The notes beneath the pieces were generated by a model, which searched no databases, was not told the origin of the DNA, and saw nothing but the letters and a program-made list of their open reading frames with translations. From a virus (Duplodnaviria; Caudoviricetes), in the IMG/VR virus record IMGVR_UViG_3300038315_000612, positions 1 to 53,983 of that record: a stretch of 53,983 bases of DNA; one strand, written 5' to 3'. The position numbers were made by a program, and so were the translations under genes. Positions 43,934-52,287 of the stretch are shown one piece after another. Within the stretch, counting starts at the first letter, position 1; each line of letters opens with the position of its first letter.

Positions 43934-45406
43934 GTGAAACCAGGTGATGTGGTTGGGCTGCACCCAACTGAGATTGAACGTATTGTACTAGGAAGTTTAT
44001 TATTATCTTCCGGCAGATATCTAGATGAAGTTGGTGATGTTCTAAGAGAGTATCACTTCTATTCTAGTCAACATAAAGAGATATATAAGTGGATATATAC
44101 TCAGTATTCTAATAATGAACCAGCAGATTGTGCTATATTAGTTAACTCTTTTGGTTCAGAGGGTCATAATAAGTATGGTGATATAGCATATATATCTAGA
44201 CTAGGTGATAATGCTGTAGATAAATACTCTTTAAGTTCATATGTAGATAAGTTAGTTAACTCATATAAACTAAGAACTCTTAAAGATACTCTAAAGAACC
44301 TAGAGTCTAAGTTAACTGAACTAGAAGATACTCCTAGTGAGATTCTTAAACTAGCTGAGTCTAGCATACTAGACATAACTTCCTCTGATGGTTCAACTTC
44401 TACCATCATCTCTCTTGCAGATGCTTGCAAGGAGAGGAAGACTAGGTGGGGAAAGATCCTAGCTGGAGAGGACACTGAGTACGTTCCAACTGGGTTCGGA
44501 AGCATTGATAGGCACTACCATGGCTGGCCAAGGGGCTACATGACTGTGATTGGTGGGAGGCCAGAGGTAGGCAAGACAATGTTCCTTGTCTCTGGCGTTC
44601 TTAGGGCAGCAGAGACAAGCATCCCACAAGGAATCCTGTCTATTGAAATGCCAAGGTCAAGGCTTGTTGATCGCATGGCTACTATCAAAGCTGGCATGTC
44701 AGTAAACCAGCTTCATGGTGGTGATGAAGAGTCAATGGATGTGCTGTCAGAAGCAACCGACAGCCTAAGCTCACTGCCTATTTATATTGATGATAGTTCT
44801 GTAGATGCCCTTGCTGTTGAAAGCTCAATCAGAAGGATGGTTAGGCAGCATGGCTGCAAGGTTGTGTGGGTAGACTACCTTCAGCTAATCAAGGCACCAA
44901 AGAAGCACCGCGGTGGCAACAGAACCTGGGAAGTAGATGACATCAGTGAGATGCTTCGTATGGTTGCAAAGAAAGAAAACATTGCAGTCATAAGCCTCAT
45001 TCAGTTGAACAGATCTGTAGAGGACTCGGTTGTGAACCGGCGCTCTGGCGTCCCAATGCAGCACCACTTCCGTGGTAGCGACAAGCCACTGCATGATGCT
45101 GCTCTAGCCTTTGGTCTCTATAGACCCTTCATGTACAAGGCTCCAAAGAAGCCAACCTCAAAGAAGAAGTATACAAATGAAGAGCTATCGGACATGCATC
45201 AACCGTTTGAGTTGGTCTCTCTAAAGAGCAGGGACCACTCAAAGAAAGACGTTGTGTTTTGGTCTAGACTTAAGGTGCAAAGAATTCATGATGATCATGA
45301 CGAAGGCTTCTCTCCTCCTGACTGGGGCTTTAATGACCCACGCCACGATGGGACTATGTCTAAATCATCTAGTGATAATGGAGTACAGGAGGCGTACAAC
45401 CTGTAG
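43934..45406 (+). CDS. dnaB: Replicative DNA helicase, DnaB family, 490 aa
   Basis: N-terminal ERIVLGSLL..FYSSQHKEIY, PTGF..ID, Walker A GRPEVGKT, SIEM, VDYLQLI and QLNR. Confidence 0.95.
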   Translation: MKPGDVVGLHPTEIERIVLGSLLLSSGRYLDEVGDVLREYHFYSSQHKEIYKWIYTQYSNNEPADCAILVNSFGSEGHNKYGDIAYISRLGDNAVDKYSLSSYVDKLVNSYKLRTLKDTLKNLESKLTELEDTPSEILKLAESSILDITSSDGSTSTIISLADACKERKTRWGKILAGEDTEYVPTGFGSIDRHYHGWPRGYMTVIGGRPEVGKTMFLVSGVLRAAETSIPQGILSIEMPRSRLVDRMATIKAGMSVNQLHGGDEESMDVLSEATDSLSSLPIYIDDSSVDALAVESSIRRMVRQHGCKVVWVDYLQLIKAPKKHRGGNRTWEVDDISEMLRMVAKKENIAVISLIQLNRSVEDSVVNRRSGVPMQHHFRGSDKPLHDAALAFGLYRPFMYKAPKKPTSKKKYTNEELSDMHQPFELVSLKSRDHSKKDVVFWSRLKVQRIHDDHDEGFSPPDWGFNDPRHDGTMSKSSSDNGVQEAYNL

Positions 45407-45443
45407 CGCCTCGGTTTGTTGGTCGGTCGGCGGCTCGATTCTT

Positions 45444-45503
45444 GAGGTTCAACCTCGGGTTTCTCGTCTTGGCTTGACACGAAAGTTAACCTCGTGATAG
45501 GGT
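45444..45503 (+). promoter_or_regulatory. Promoter (TTGACA 45474, TAGGGT 45498) with palindromic operator candidates
   Basis: GAGGTT-C-AACCTC at 45444-45456 and related GAAAGTTAACCTC at 45481-45493 in the spacer. Confidence 0.6.
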
Positions 45504-45510
45504 TCGTCCA

Positions 45511-45798
45511 GTGGCGACAGGAAAGTTCAAGCGGCTACAGCCTGAGTTGTCACCCAAGGAATGGTGGTTTCGTCTACGGTTAATGGCAGAAGCAAGGGGC
45601 ATAACCCTTGTGGAGTTATCCAATGAAGTAGGAGTTCATCTACAAACATTAAAAGCATATAAGAAAGCAAAGAGAATACCATCCGCAAGCTTAAACCTAA
45701 GGTTAATGATGGCTTTAGGTATAACCTGGTCGCTATTCACAGCAGATAGGCCTGCATTTATAGCGGTCATAAAGAGAATGAAACTAGAAAGGATATAA
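45511..45798 (+). CDS. XRE-family HTH regulator, 95 aa (probably leaderless)
   Basis: RLRLMAEARGITLVELSNEVGVHLQTLKAYKKAKRIPS. GTG is 7 nt after the -10, with no SD. Confidence 0.85.
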   Translation: MATGKFKRLQPELSPKEWWFRLRLMAEARGITLVELSNEVGVHLQTLKAYKKAKRIPSASLNLRLMMALGITWSLFTADRPAFIAVIKRMKLERI

Positions 45799-45799
45799 A

Positions 45800-46798
45800 A
45801 TGAAGATCACAGATAAGAACTGGAAGAAGACTCACGAGGATCTTACCCGACCCTTTGGGGATGCTGACGTTTACTGGCGTGTAGAGCGCGCCTTCGGTAG
45901 GAAGGCAATGGTCCTATGCTACCTCGACGCCAGAGCCCTTCAGAACCGCTTAGACGACGTTCTTGGGGCAGAGTCTTGGACCTGTACATACAGGGAAACA
46001 AGTAGTGGTAAGAACATCTGCACTCTGTCCATCAAGATCAATGGTGAATGGATTCCAAAGGAAGATGGTGCTGGCGACACTCAGTTTGAAGCTGCCAAGG
46101 GTGGTATCTCTGGTGCGCTCAAGCGTGCTGGTGTTGCTTGGGGCATTGGCCGCCACCTCTATGATCTTGGAAACACATGGGTAGATCTCCAAGAGGAGAA
46201 GCTACGGGTAGAAGACAGGTACAAGATTACCCATAAGGACAAGGAAACCAGGAAGTACCTGTTTGCTAAGGCCCCGAGCGTTGAGTTTCTTCAATCACAC
46301 CTGTTCCCAGATGGACCAAAGTACGCAAGGATTGGTCCCAAGGTTGTGGATAAAGAAGAAGAAAAGAAAGAAGAACCTAAGAAGGAAGCACCAAAGAAGA
46401 AGTCCACACCCAAGAAGAAGGCGGCACCAAGGCAGCCCGGGGGCCACCCAGCCGGTCACGCGGCTGTTGCTGATGAAATATCAAAGTTCATTAGCAGGGA
46501 CGACCCACCGAAGAAGAGGGCACAGCAAAGGATCAAGCTTGTATTCCAGAAGGGAAACATCCCAAGGGAAAACCTACACAAGACGATGCGTGCAGCAATG
46601 GCGAAGTGGGAAGACGGCAAGCCAGCAGGGTTTGGTTTTCAAAGCCCGCTAGAAGCAGAAGAAGATCTGTTTGTTCAAGCATCCATCAACATACTGAAAT
46701 GGTTTGGATTTGGTGAGCTTGAGCAGCGAGTAGACCAATACATCGAGTGGCACTACCAGAACAATGGCGACTACGACGAAAACATGGCCCCATTCTAG
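45800..46798 (+). CDS. Rad52/Rad22-family single-strand annealing protein (Sak-like), 332 aa
   Basis: LTRPF..WRV..YLDARALQNRLDDVLGAESW..KEDGAG..KGGISGALKRAGVAWGIGRHLYDL. Confidence 0.92.
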   Translation: MKITDKNWKKTHEDLTRPFGDADVYWRVERAFGRKAMVLCYLDARALQNRLDDVLGAESWTCTYRETSSGKNICTLSIKINGEWIPKEDGAGDTQFEAAKGGISGALKRAGVAWGIGRHLYDLGNTWVDLQEEKLRVEDRYKITHKDKETRKYLFAKAPSVEFLQSHLFPDGPKYARIGPKVVDKEEEKKEEPKKEAPKKKSTPKKKAAPRQPGGHPAGHAAVADEISKFISRDDPPKKRAQQRIKLVFQKGNIPRENLHKTMRAAMAKWEDGKPAGFGFQSPLEAEEDLFVQASINILKWFGFGELEQRVDQYIEWHYQNNGDYDENMAPF

Positions 46799-46819
46799 AT
46801 AAAACAAAGGAGATATAAA

Positions 46820-47332
46820 ATGAAGCTAGCAAAAGGACAGAAGGTGAGGTGGGTTGGCCCCCCGTGCCCAGTCCGAGGTGAACGAGGTATCGGGGTTGTG
46901 ACCTATGAAACCTGGGAGAATGGCTGCTATGTCAAGTGGCCAGATGGATTTGAGGAGCCGTGCCACCATTTCAACTTGGAGGCACACAACGAAGAAGACA
47001 CAAAAGGAAAGACACTAGTAGAAGTGTTTGAAGAAGAAGAGAGAAGCCTAAGCCCCCCAATGAAGGGGGCATTGGTCTATATGTTTACACTTGAGGCAGA
47101 GTGTAAAGACACCGGAATGTGCCCCAATATAGAGAAGTCACAGTCTACCTCTAGCCGTGATCCGAGGCGCCCAAGTGGTCTTCGATGGTTCAGGCGGTAT
47201 GCGTCAAGCACCCTGCGTGCCCTTGTTCGTCGTAGACTAATAGAAGAAACCATATGCAAGCTGGACTATGAGACAAAAGAGTACAGGCTTACTGATGCTG
47301 GTAGGTCTGTGGCCGAGGGGCTTAAGCGATGA
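46820..47332 (+). CDS. Hypothetical protein (SH3-like N-terminus, winged-helix-like C-terminus), 170 aa
   Basis: AGGAG SD. GQKVRWVG..GVV..YVKWPDG and TLRALVRRRLIE..YRLTDAGR. Confidence 0.6.
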   Translation: MKLAKGQKVRWVGPPCPVRGERGIGVVTYETWENGCYVKWPDGFEEPCHHFNLEAHNEEDTKGKTLVEVFEEEERSLSPPMKGALVYMFTLEAECKDTGMCPNIEKSQSTSSRDPRRPSGLRWFRRYASSTLRALVRRRLIEETICKLDYETKEYRLTDAGRSVAEGLKR

Positions 47333-47964
47333 CTGCAAGGAGAAAGAAGAGCATAATAGGAAAGCGCTACCCAATCCTATTCAGCGAGCACATGGTTAAC
47401 TCTACGTTTGATGGAACAAGGACACAGATTAGAAAGAACGTTGTTTTCAACAAGGGATTTGAGAAGCCACTGCCGTTTATGTGGGACGACAAAGACTGGT
47501 GGATGGGAGACATTACCCTTCAAAGAAAGCCTGGTGACGCTGCTTGGTGGTGGGTGTCCGATAGAACAGTAAGTAAATATGTGGCAGCAAACCCACAATA
47601 TGGTGGTCCTGGGTCTTTGTTGTATGCAAAGGAGCAGTGGTCTGATGTTGGACCACGAAACAATGAGCACATCATCCACCGCTTTGGGCCAAGCAATGGA
47701 ATAGAAGACGATCTAAAAGTAGACTGGAAGCTTTCAATCTCTATGAAAAAAAGAGATGCCAGGCTGTGGCTTAGGATCAGATCCATTAGGGCTGAGACGC
47801 TACATGCTATAACTAACGAAGACATGAAGCTATCTGGCTTCAATAATCTAGAAGAGTTTAAGCAGCACTGGCGCAGCGCCTACTTTCGTTCGAGCTTGTG
47901 GGAAGATAACCCATGGGTGTGGGTGATTGACTTCACAGTAGACAATAGGATGACAAGAAGATGA
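47329..47964 (+). CDS. ASCH-like phage protein, 211 aa
   Basis: PILFSEHMV..GTRTQIRK..PGSLLYAKE..SISM..ARLWLRI..IRAETL..W..NPWVWVIDF. Confidence 0.75.
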   Translation: MTARRKKSIIGKRYPILFSEHMVNSTFDGTRTQIRKNVVFNKGFEKPLPFMWDDKDWWMGDITLQRKPGDAAWWWVSDRTVSKYVAANPQYGGPGSLLYAKEQWSDVGPRNNEHIIHRFGPSNGIEDDLKVDWKLSISMKKRDARLWLRIRSIRAETLHAITNEDMKLSGFNNLEEFKQHWRSAYFRSSLWEDNPWVWVIDFTVDNRMTRR

Positions 47965-48323
47965 GTTTCAAACATGTATATCCAAACATTACACAAGTCA
48001 TTGGATACTTAAGAGACGCAAAGAAGATTGGAGAAGCGAAAGGAGGTGGACCAAAAGTAAGAGCAATATTGTACAACCCAAGCGTAAAGCATGAGACATT
48101 TGACCTGCTTGTACCTATCATTGCATTTGGCAGATGCGGAGAAAGCGTACTTGAATGCCACGAAGCCGAGTGCCTTACGTCAGTTATTGGAAGGATCTGT
48201 ATGGCAAAGAACCCACGGGGCTCCAGAGTGGAGATTCTCTGTGATCACGTAGCAAACCTAGATGAAGAAATAGACGAAGGATATAAAGAAAATGAAAACG
48301 CGACTTATGAGACAAGGTATTAA
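47961..48323 (+). CDS. Divergent SSB/OB-fold-like protein, 120 aa
   Basis: NITQVIGYL..VPIIAFGRCGE..VIGRI..VEILCDHV parallels the SSB pattern. Confidence 0.55.
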   Translation: MSFKHVYPNITQVIGYLRDAKKIGEAKGGGPKVRAILYNPSVKHETFDLLVPIIAFGRCGESVLECHEAECLTSVIGRICMAKNPRGSRVEILCDHVANLDEEIDEGYKENENATYETRY

Positions 48324-49278
48324 GTTTGATAGAGTTGGTGCAGATTGGCTGCCAGATATATCCCAACTGATACGAAAGAGATTAGATAATCCCAAAAGAC
48401 TTAAGGAAGAGCACAACACAAGGGCTATTGGTAAGACAATCATTAGGCAGCTTTGTGATAATCAGGGCAGTGGGTTGCGCTTATCCTCCTGTGGTTCTTG
48501 TATTAGGCAACAAGCCTTTGCACATTACAACTGGGTAAAGGATGGTCACACCATAGATGGTGCAGCAAGGCTAACGTTTGCTGTTGGTGATGCGCTTGAG
48601 GCAATGATCGTTGCTTGCCTTAAAGAGGCGTGTGTTGATGTAGATATCAATACATCCTACATGGGAGACGATCAGCTTGAGGTATCTATTGCGGTTCCGT
48701 TTGGGGAGTCCGGTAAGCAGGTAGCCAACATTGTTGGGCACCCAGATGGAATGATGAATGTTCCAATCTTTAATGATCTTCTTGGTGAGCAAAGCTTGGA
48801 CAAGGAGTGGGTAGTCTTAGAGATAAAGTCTATGTCTGACTACGCCTTCAAGAGGTTTAGGGCAGATGGATTAAGTAAGACAGACTCTTACTACTACCAG
48901 ATTCAAGCTTACATGCTTGCTACTGGAACAAGCAGAACCTACATCCTGGCGTTCGGAAAGGCTTCCGCCGCTAAGGATGCGGTAACAACAGAACACCATT
49001 GGGAGCCCCTGTTCCCGTTGGTGGGTCAGTGGATCAAAGAAGACAAGGAGATACAACGAGAGATACAAGAAAACTATAAAACAATACTGACATCAAGATC
49101 ACCATTTGATCTTAATGTTCCATTTAAACCAAACAAAAAGGGACGTATAGGCTTCCCTTGTGACTATTGTTCATATCATAAACATTGCTATCCTGACTCT
49201 TCAGAGGTAGCAGAAACATCTAAATGGCTACAATCAAGTACAAAAGTAAAACTGTACGTGGGAGAAAATGATGCTTAA
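48292..49278 (+). CDS. PD-(D/E)xK Cas4-like exonuclease, 328 aa
   Basis: CIRQ..GHPDG..LEIKS..QIQAYM..CDYCSYHKHC (four-Cys Fe-S arrangement). Confidence 0.85.
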   Translation: MKTRLMRQGIKFDRVGADWLPDISQLIRKRLDNPKRLKEEHNTRAIGKTIIRQLCDNQGSGLRLSSCGSCIRQQAFAHYNWVKDGHTIDGAARLTFAVGDALEAMIVACLKEACVDVDINTSYMGDDQLEVSIAVPFGESGKQVANIVGHPDGMMNVPIFNDLLGEQSLDKEWVVLEIKSMSDYAFKRFRADGLSKTDSYYYQIQAYMLATGTSRTYILAFGKASAAKDAVTTEHHWEPLFPLVGQWIKEDKEIQREIQENYKTILTSRSPFDLNVPFKPNKKGRIGFPCDYCSYHKHCYPDSSEVAETSKWLQSSTKVKLYVGENDA

Positions 49279-49675
49279 TCGTGTAACTCTAATCGGAACC
49301 GTGGTTCTTGAACCAAAGCAAAACAGTGCTGCAACCTACTTCACTCTTGCCACATGGAACCACTGGAACGGCAGGAAGTTTACTACCCGAACCAAGATTG
49401 ATGTGTTTGGTAAGCTCCGTGAGAGCCTTCCAAATATGTCAGAGGGTGACCTTATTCTTGTTGAGGGAAGATTAAACAACAGCAGCTATGAGAAAGGTGG
49501 ACAGAAGGTTTGGGTCACGTCTGTTGTTGCCAACGTCGTGTCGCAGGTGTCTTCTTCTGGTCTGGAAAGCGGGCACGAGGTTGATAGCAATGCATTTGAA
49601 AACGCAAAGGAACCAAGCAGCTATCCACCAAAGTCAGACAACAAGAGCAACGATGGTGAAGACTTTCCATGGTAG
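49268..49675 (+). CDS. ssb: Single-stranded DNA-binding protein, 135 aa
   Basis: LNRVTLIG..FTLAT..VFGKL..GDLILVEGRL..SYEK and acidic EDFPW tail. Confidence 0.92.
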   Translation: MMLNRVTLIGTVVLEPKQNSAATYFTLATWNHWNGRKFTTRTKIDVFGKLRESLPNMSEGDLILVEGRLNNSSYEKGGQKVWVTSVVANVVSQVSSSGLESGHEVDSNAFENAKEPSSYPPKSDNKSNDGEDFPW

Positions 49676-49863
49676 CTGATTCCACAATGCCAGTGAAGTT
49701 CTATCCATTTGACTACAAGTCTTTTGCTATTGAGTCATTAAGGATTGAGCACGATTCAATCATGAGGGTGTTTGTTGATCCAATACTTGGCTCAGTTCAC
49801 TGCATCCTCCTGGTTGATGGAAACAAGGTTCTTATCTGGCAAAGAAGAGAAAGCGAGGTTTGA
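49669..49863 (+). CDS. Hypothetical protein, 64 aa
   Basis: Overlaps the ssb stop and abuts the ruvC-like start. Confidence 0.55.
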   Translation: MVADSTMPVKFYPFDYKSFAIESLRIEHDSIMRVFVDPILGSVHCILLVDGNKVLIWQRRESEV

Positions 49864-49864
49864 T

Positions 49865-50362
49865 GTGTATATCTTAGGGATTGACCCCGGCATGGATGGA
49901 GCCATTGTGGCTCTAGACCATAACGGTCAGTGTATTGGTAGTGTCCTTACCAAGAAGTCTTTGACTGTAAGTGTAGGTAAGGGTTCAAGGAGGGAGTATG
50001 TGCCGTCCTTTATGGCTGACGCGCTGTCTAGCTGGGGTCCCCTAAGTACCATCAAGCTCGTGGTATTAGAGAAGCAGCAAGCTATGCCCAAGCAGGGTGT
50101 AGCTAGCATGTTCAGAACTGGTGTTGGCTATGGCCTTTGGTTGGGAATACTCGCAGCCAAAGGCCTACCAACCACCATTGTGAGACCAGTAGAGTGGTCT
50201 AAGACTGTTCTAAAAGGAGTATCTGGTACAGGTAAGGACAGAGCCATTGTCGCAGCTAGCGCAAGGGTTCCAGACCTTGACCTCACTCCAGGTAAAAAGA
50301 GAGTTCCCCATTCGGGATTAGCAGATGCTGCTTGCCTTGCTCTCTATGGAATAAATCAATGA
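49865..50362 (+). CDS. RuvC-like Holliday junction resolvase, ~165 aa
   Basis: ILGIDPGMDGA, VVLEKQ, GVASMFRTGVGYG, VRPVEW and GLADAACLA. GAGG SD before GTG. Confidence 0.88.
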   Translation: MYILGIDPGMDGAIVALDHNGQCIGSVLTKKSLTVSVGKGSRREYVPSFMADALSSWGPLSTIKLVVLEKQQAMPKQGVASMFRTGVGYGLWLGILAAKGLPTTIVRPVEWSKTVLKGVSGTGKDRAIVAASARVPDLDLTPGKKRVPHSGLADAACLALYGINQ

Positions 50363-50367
50363 AAGGT

Positions 50368-50465
50368 GTGCCGGTCCCCAGGCTGCAATGTTCGCGTTTA
50401 ATTTTGCGCAGCCCTTTTGTCGTAGGGAAGTAAGCCTTGCGGGGCATAACGGTAGGGACCGACAC
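50368..50465 (-). other. Structured intergenic element at the convergent operon junction
   Basis: 11-bp closing stem GTGTCGGTCCC/GGGACCGGCAC enclosing GGCTGC/GCAGCC and smaller hairpins. Confidence 0.4.
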
Positions 50466-50510
50466 TAATACTTAGCAATGAAAAGAGGATGGGGATTACT
50501 CGCTCTGCCT

Positions 50511-50687
50511 TTAGCGCGTCCTTCTCGCCCTGCCCCCGTCCTCTTCTTCGCTTTCCTCTTCATCGCCATCCTCTGGGGTTGGCTCTTCGGCCTCTGTGGT
50601 GGCTTCTGCCTCCTCAGTGGTGGTGTCCCCCTTGTCTTCGTCTTCGGGGCAGCTACAGGCCAACAGAGAGATGAGAATAGTAAACAT
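50511..50687 (-). CDS. Small acidic lipoprotein, 58 aa (last gene of the lysis cassette)
   Basis: GGAGG SD. MFTILISLLAC lipobox followed by an E/D/T-rich tail. Confidence 0.65.
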   Translation of the reverse strand: MFTILISLLACSCPEDEDKGDTTTEEAEATTEAEEPTPEDGDEEESEEEDGGRARRTR

Positions 50688-50733
50688 ATAGTTTTCCTCC
50701 AGAGCACCGACTATCACAAACACATGGAGCGGT

Positions 50734-51075
50734 CTAATCCTTAGACTTCTTGGCTTCTTCTGTGATCTTTTCTATTCTGGCTTCTTGGTAGTGCTCACGC
50801 ATCTCCTTTAGTCCGATAGATATTCGGCTTAAAGCAGCATCAAGCTTCTCGTACATAGGGTCAAACTTAGAGTCAAGAGCATTAGTTTTATGTATCAGTG
50901 ACTCTATGGTATCTACCCGTTCGTTTCTCCAATCAGCAAGAAGCTGGTCGTGCTTATCTTGCATTGCATCTAGTCTCTTAGTGTTCTGGATGTGAATCCA
51001 CATAAGAAACCCGGCAAGGATACCAATCCCGCCAAGGTCCAGTAAAGGACCAAGCAATGTCTCCTCTAGGGACAC
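50734..51075 (-). CDS. Membrane protein, one TM helix plus coiled coil (holin-like or i-spanin-like), 113 aa
   Basis: LLDLGGIGILAGFLMWIHI followed by a heptad-like helix. Lysis-cassette context. Confidence 0.6.
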   Translation of the reverse strand: MSLEETLLGPLLDLGGIGILAGFLMWIHIQNTKRLDAMQDKHDQLLADWRNERVDTIESLIHKTNALDSKFDPMYEKLDAALSRISIGLKEMREHYQEARIEKITEEAKKSKD

Positions 51076-51263
51076 TAGCTACCAGACCCTTCAACCTGCT
51101 TAGCATCAACGTATCCCTGACCAAAGATGTAAGAGATGACGATGGCTACGCTTAGCTGCATGGCTTCTGCCATTTGAATGTCTTCTGTCATTGCCTGGGC
51201 AACAACCGGAAGCAGCGCACCAAGGAATGCAAACCAAAACTTACGACTCTTAAGCTTGTCCAT
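51075..51263 (-). CDS. Holin (two TM helices), 62 aa
   Basis: KLKSRKFW..two hydrophobic helices..YIFGQGYVDA. Confidence 0.75.
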   Translation of the reverse strand: MDKLKSRKFWFAFLGALLPVVAQAMTEDIQMAEAMQLSVAIVISYIFGQGYVDAKQVEGSGS

Positions 51264-51414
51264 CTGAAGACCTCACATGTTCTAGGACGCGGGACATTCT
51301 ATCACTCATAAGATCGATAGCCTCTCGCATCTGGTGAAGCTCCCACCAAACGATTGTTGCTAAAGCAAGCGTTCCCCCACCGCTAACTAAAGTTTCAATC
51401 ATTCCGCTCTCCAT
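51250..51414 (-). CDS. Small membrane protein, 54 aa (below the ORF-track cut-off)
   Basis: Translated by hand: MESGMIETLVSGGGTLALATIVWWELHQMREAIDLMSDRMSRVLEHVRSSDGQA. TAATG coupling. Confidence 0.65.
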   Translation of the reverse strand: MESGMIETLVSGGGTLALATIVWWELHQMREAIDLMSDRMSRVLEHVRSSDGQA

Positions 51415-51683
51415 TACTTCTGGCCCTCTCTCATATCATTGTACATTTGAATGGCAAAATCCACCAAGAATCCAATGACTTGCGCCTCTGCCTTCTCGCC
51501 AACAATAGGAATGTTGATTCTATTATTGATCTGATCAATGACCCACTCCCTCTTCTCAGGACCAGACTTGGGAATAGGAAACATCATTTCTGCTGCAAGA
51601 ACCATGGTGTCAACCAATCTGGATAGGGTTGCCCCATCCAAATCAAACTTACGAATCCTTTTACCAACCCTACCTTTAGGCAT
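51414..51683 (-). CDS. LL-H holin-like protein, 89 aa (start MPKGRV)
   Basis: VLAAE..SGPEKREWV..I..LVDFAIQMYN pattern and GGAG SD. No clear TM helix. Confidence 0.5.
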   Translation of the reverse strand: MPKGRVGKRIRKFDLDGATLSRLVDTMVLAAEMMFPIPKSGPEKREWVIDQINNRINIPIVGEKAEAQVIGFLVDFAIQMYNDMREGQK

Positions 51684-51758
51684 TATTTTAATATCTCCAC
51701 TAAAAAAACTATAATACAAATAGCAAAAAACGAAAGAACTACTGCAACGCTGAGTATG

Positions 51759-52241
51759 TCATACCATCGGATCATTGTTGTCATATATGCGAACGTACCC
51801 GTTCTTCTTATCCCAAGTAAGAACCTGACCACATTTATGTGAAGATCTATATGGAACACCTAAGCTTAGGTGTATCCAGCTAGGTTCTCCCGCAGCCCAC
51901 CCCTCAAGGATTAGCTGACCAAACTTAAGATCAGACTTCTTCCAGATCCATTCCCAAGCTTCTTTCAATGGAACACCAACAACATGAAAATCACATGCGG
52001 CACCAGCTACATGCTGTGAAGATGTTGATCCTCCAACAGCAGAGTTCAGGGCTGGGCATCTATACCCACTATGAACAACTACTGGAGACTTATAGTGATC
52101 ACGAATAGTTTGAAGCATTTGAGCAGTATCTTTTAATGCTTCTACAACCTCTTCTGGTGGCTTTCTATTCTCAGCAAGGTATCGCCTATGACCAGTGCGA
52201 GTAAGCTCAGACAGCGTGAAGTTAGATGCGAGCTTCATCAA
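51759..52241 (-). CDS. Endolysin, peptidase M15A family, ~160 aa
   Basis: NFTLSELT..SGYRCPALNSAVGG..SQH..GAACDF..WIHLS. Confidence 0.92.
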   Translation of the reverse strand: MMKLASNFTLSELTRTGHRRYLAENRKPPEEVVEALKDTAQMLQTIRDHYKSPVVVHSGYRCPALNSAVGGSTSSQHVAGAACDFHVVGVPLKEAWEWIWKKSDLKFGQLILEGWAAGEPSWIHLSLGVPYRSSHKCGQVLTWDKKNGYVRIYDNNDPMV

Positions 52242-52287
52242 TAGACGCTCATTTTGAAGCCAGCTACTTGTCCAAAGTTGTACGTCA

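Noticed and set aside
48292-49278. CRISPR-Cas system suggested by the Cas4-like nuclease
   Set aside because: There are no other cas genes and no array. Stand-alone Cas4-like exonucleases are common next to phage SSAP and SSB genes.
50368-50465. Self-cleaving ribozyme (hammerhead or HDV-like)
   Set aside because: I found no CUGAnGA/GAAA core and could not build the HDV nested pseudoknot.
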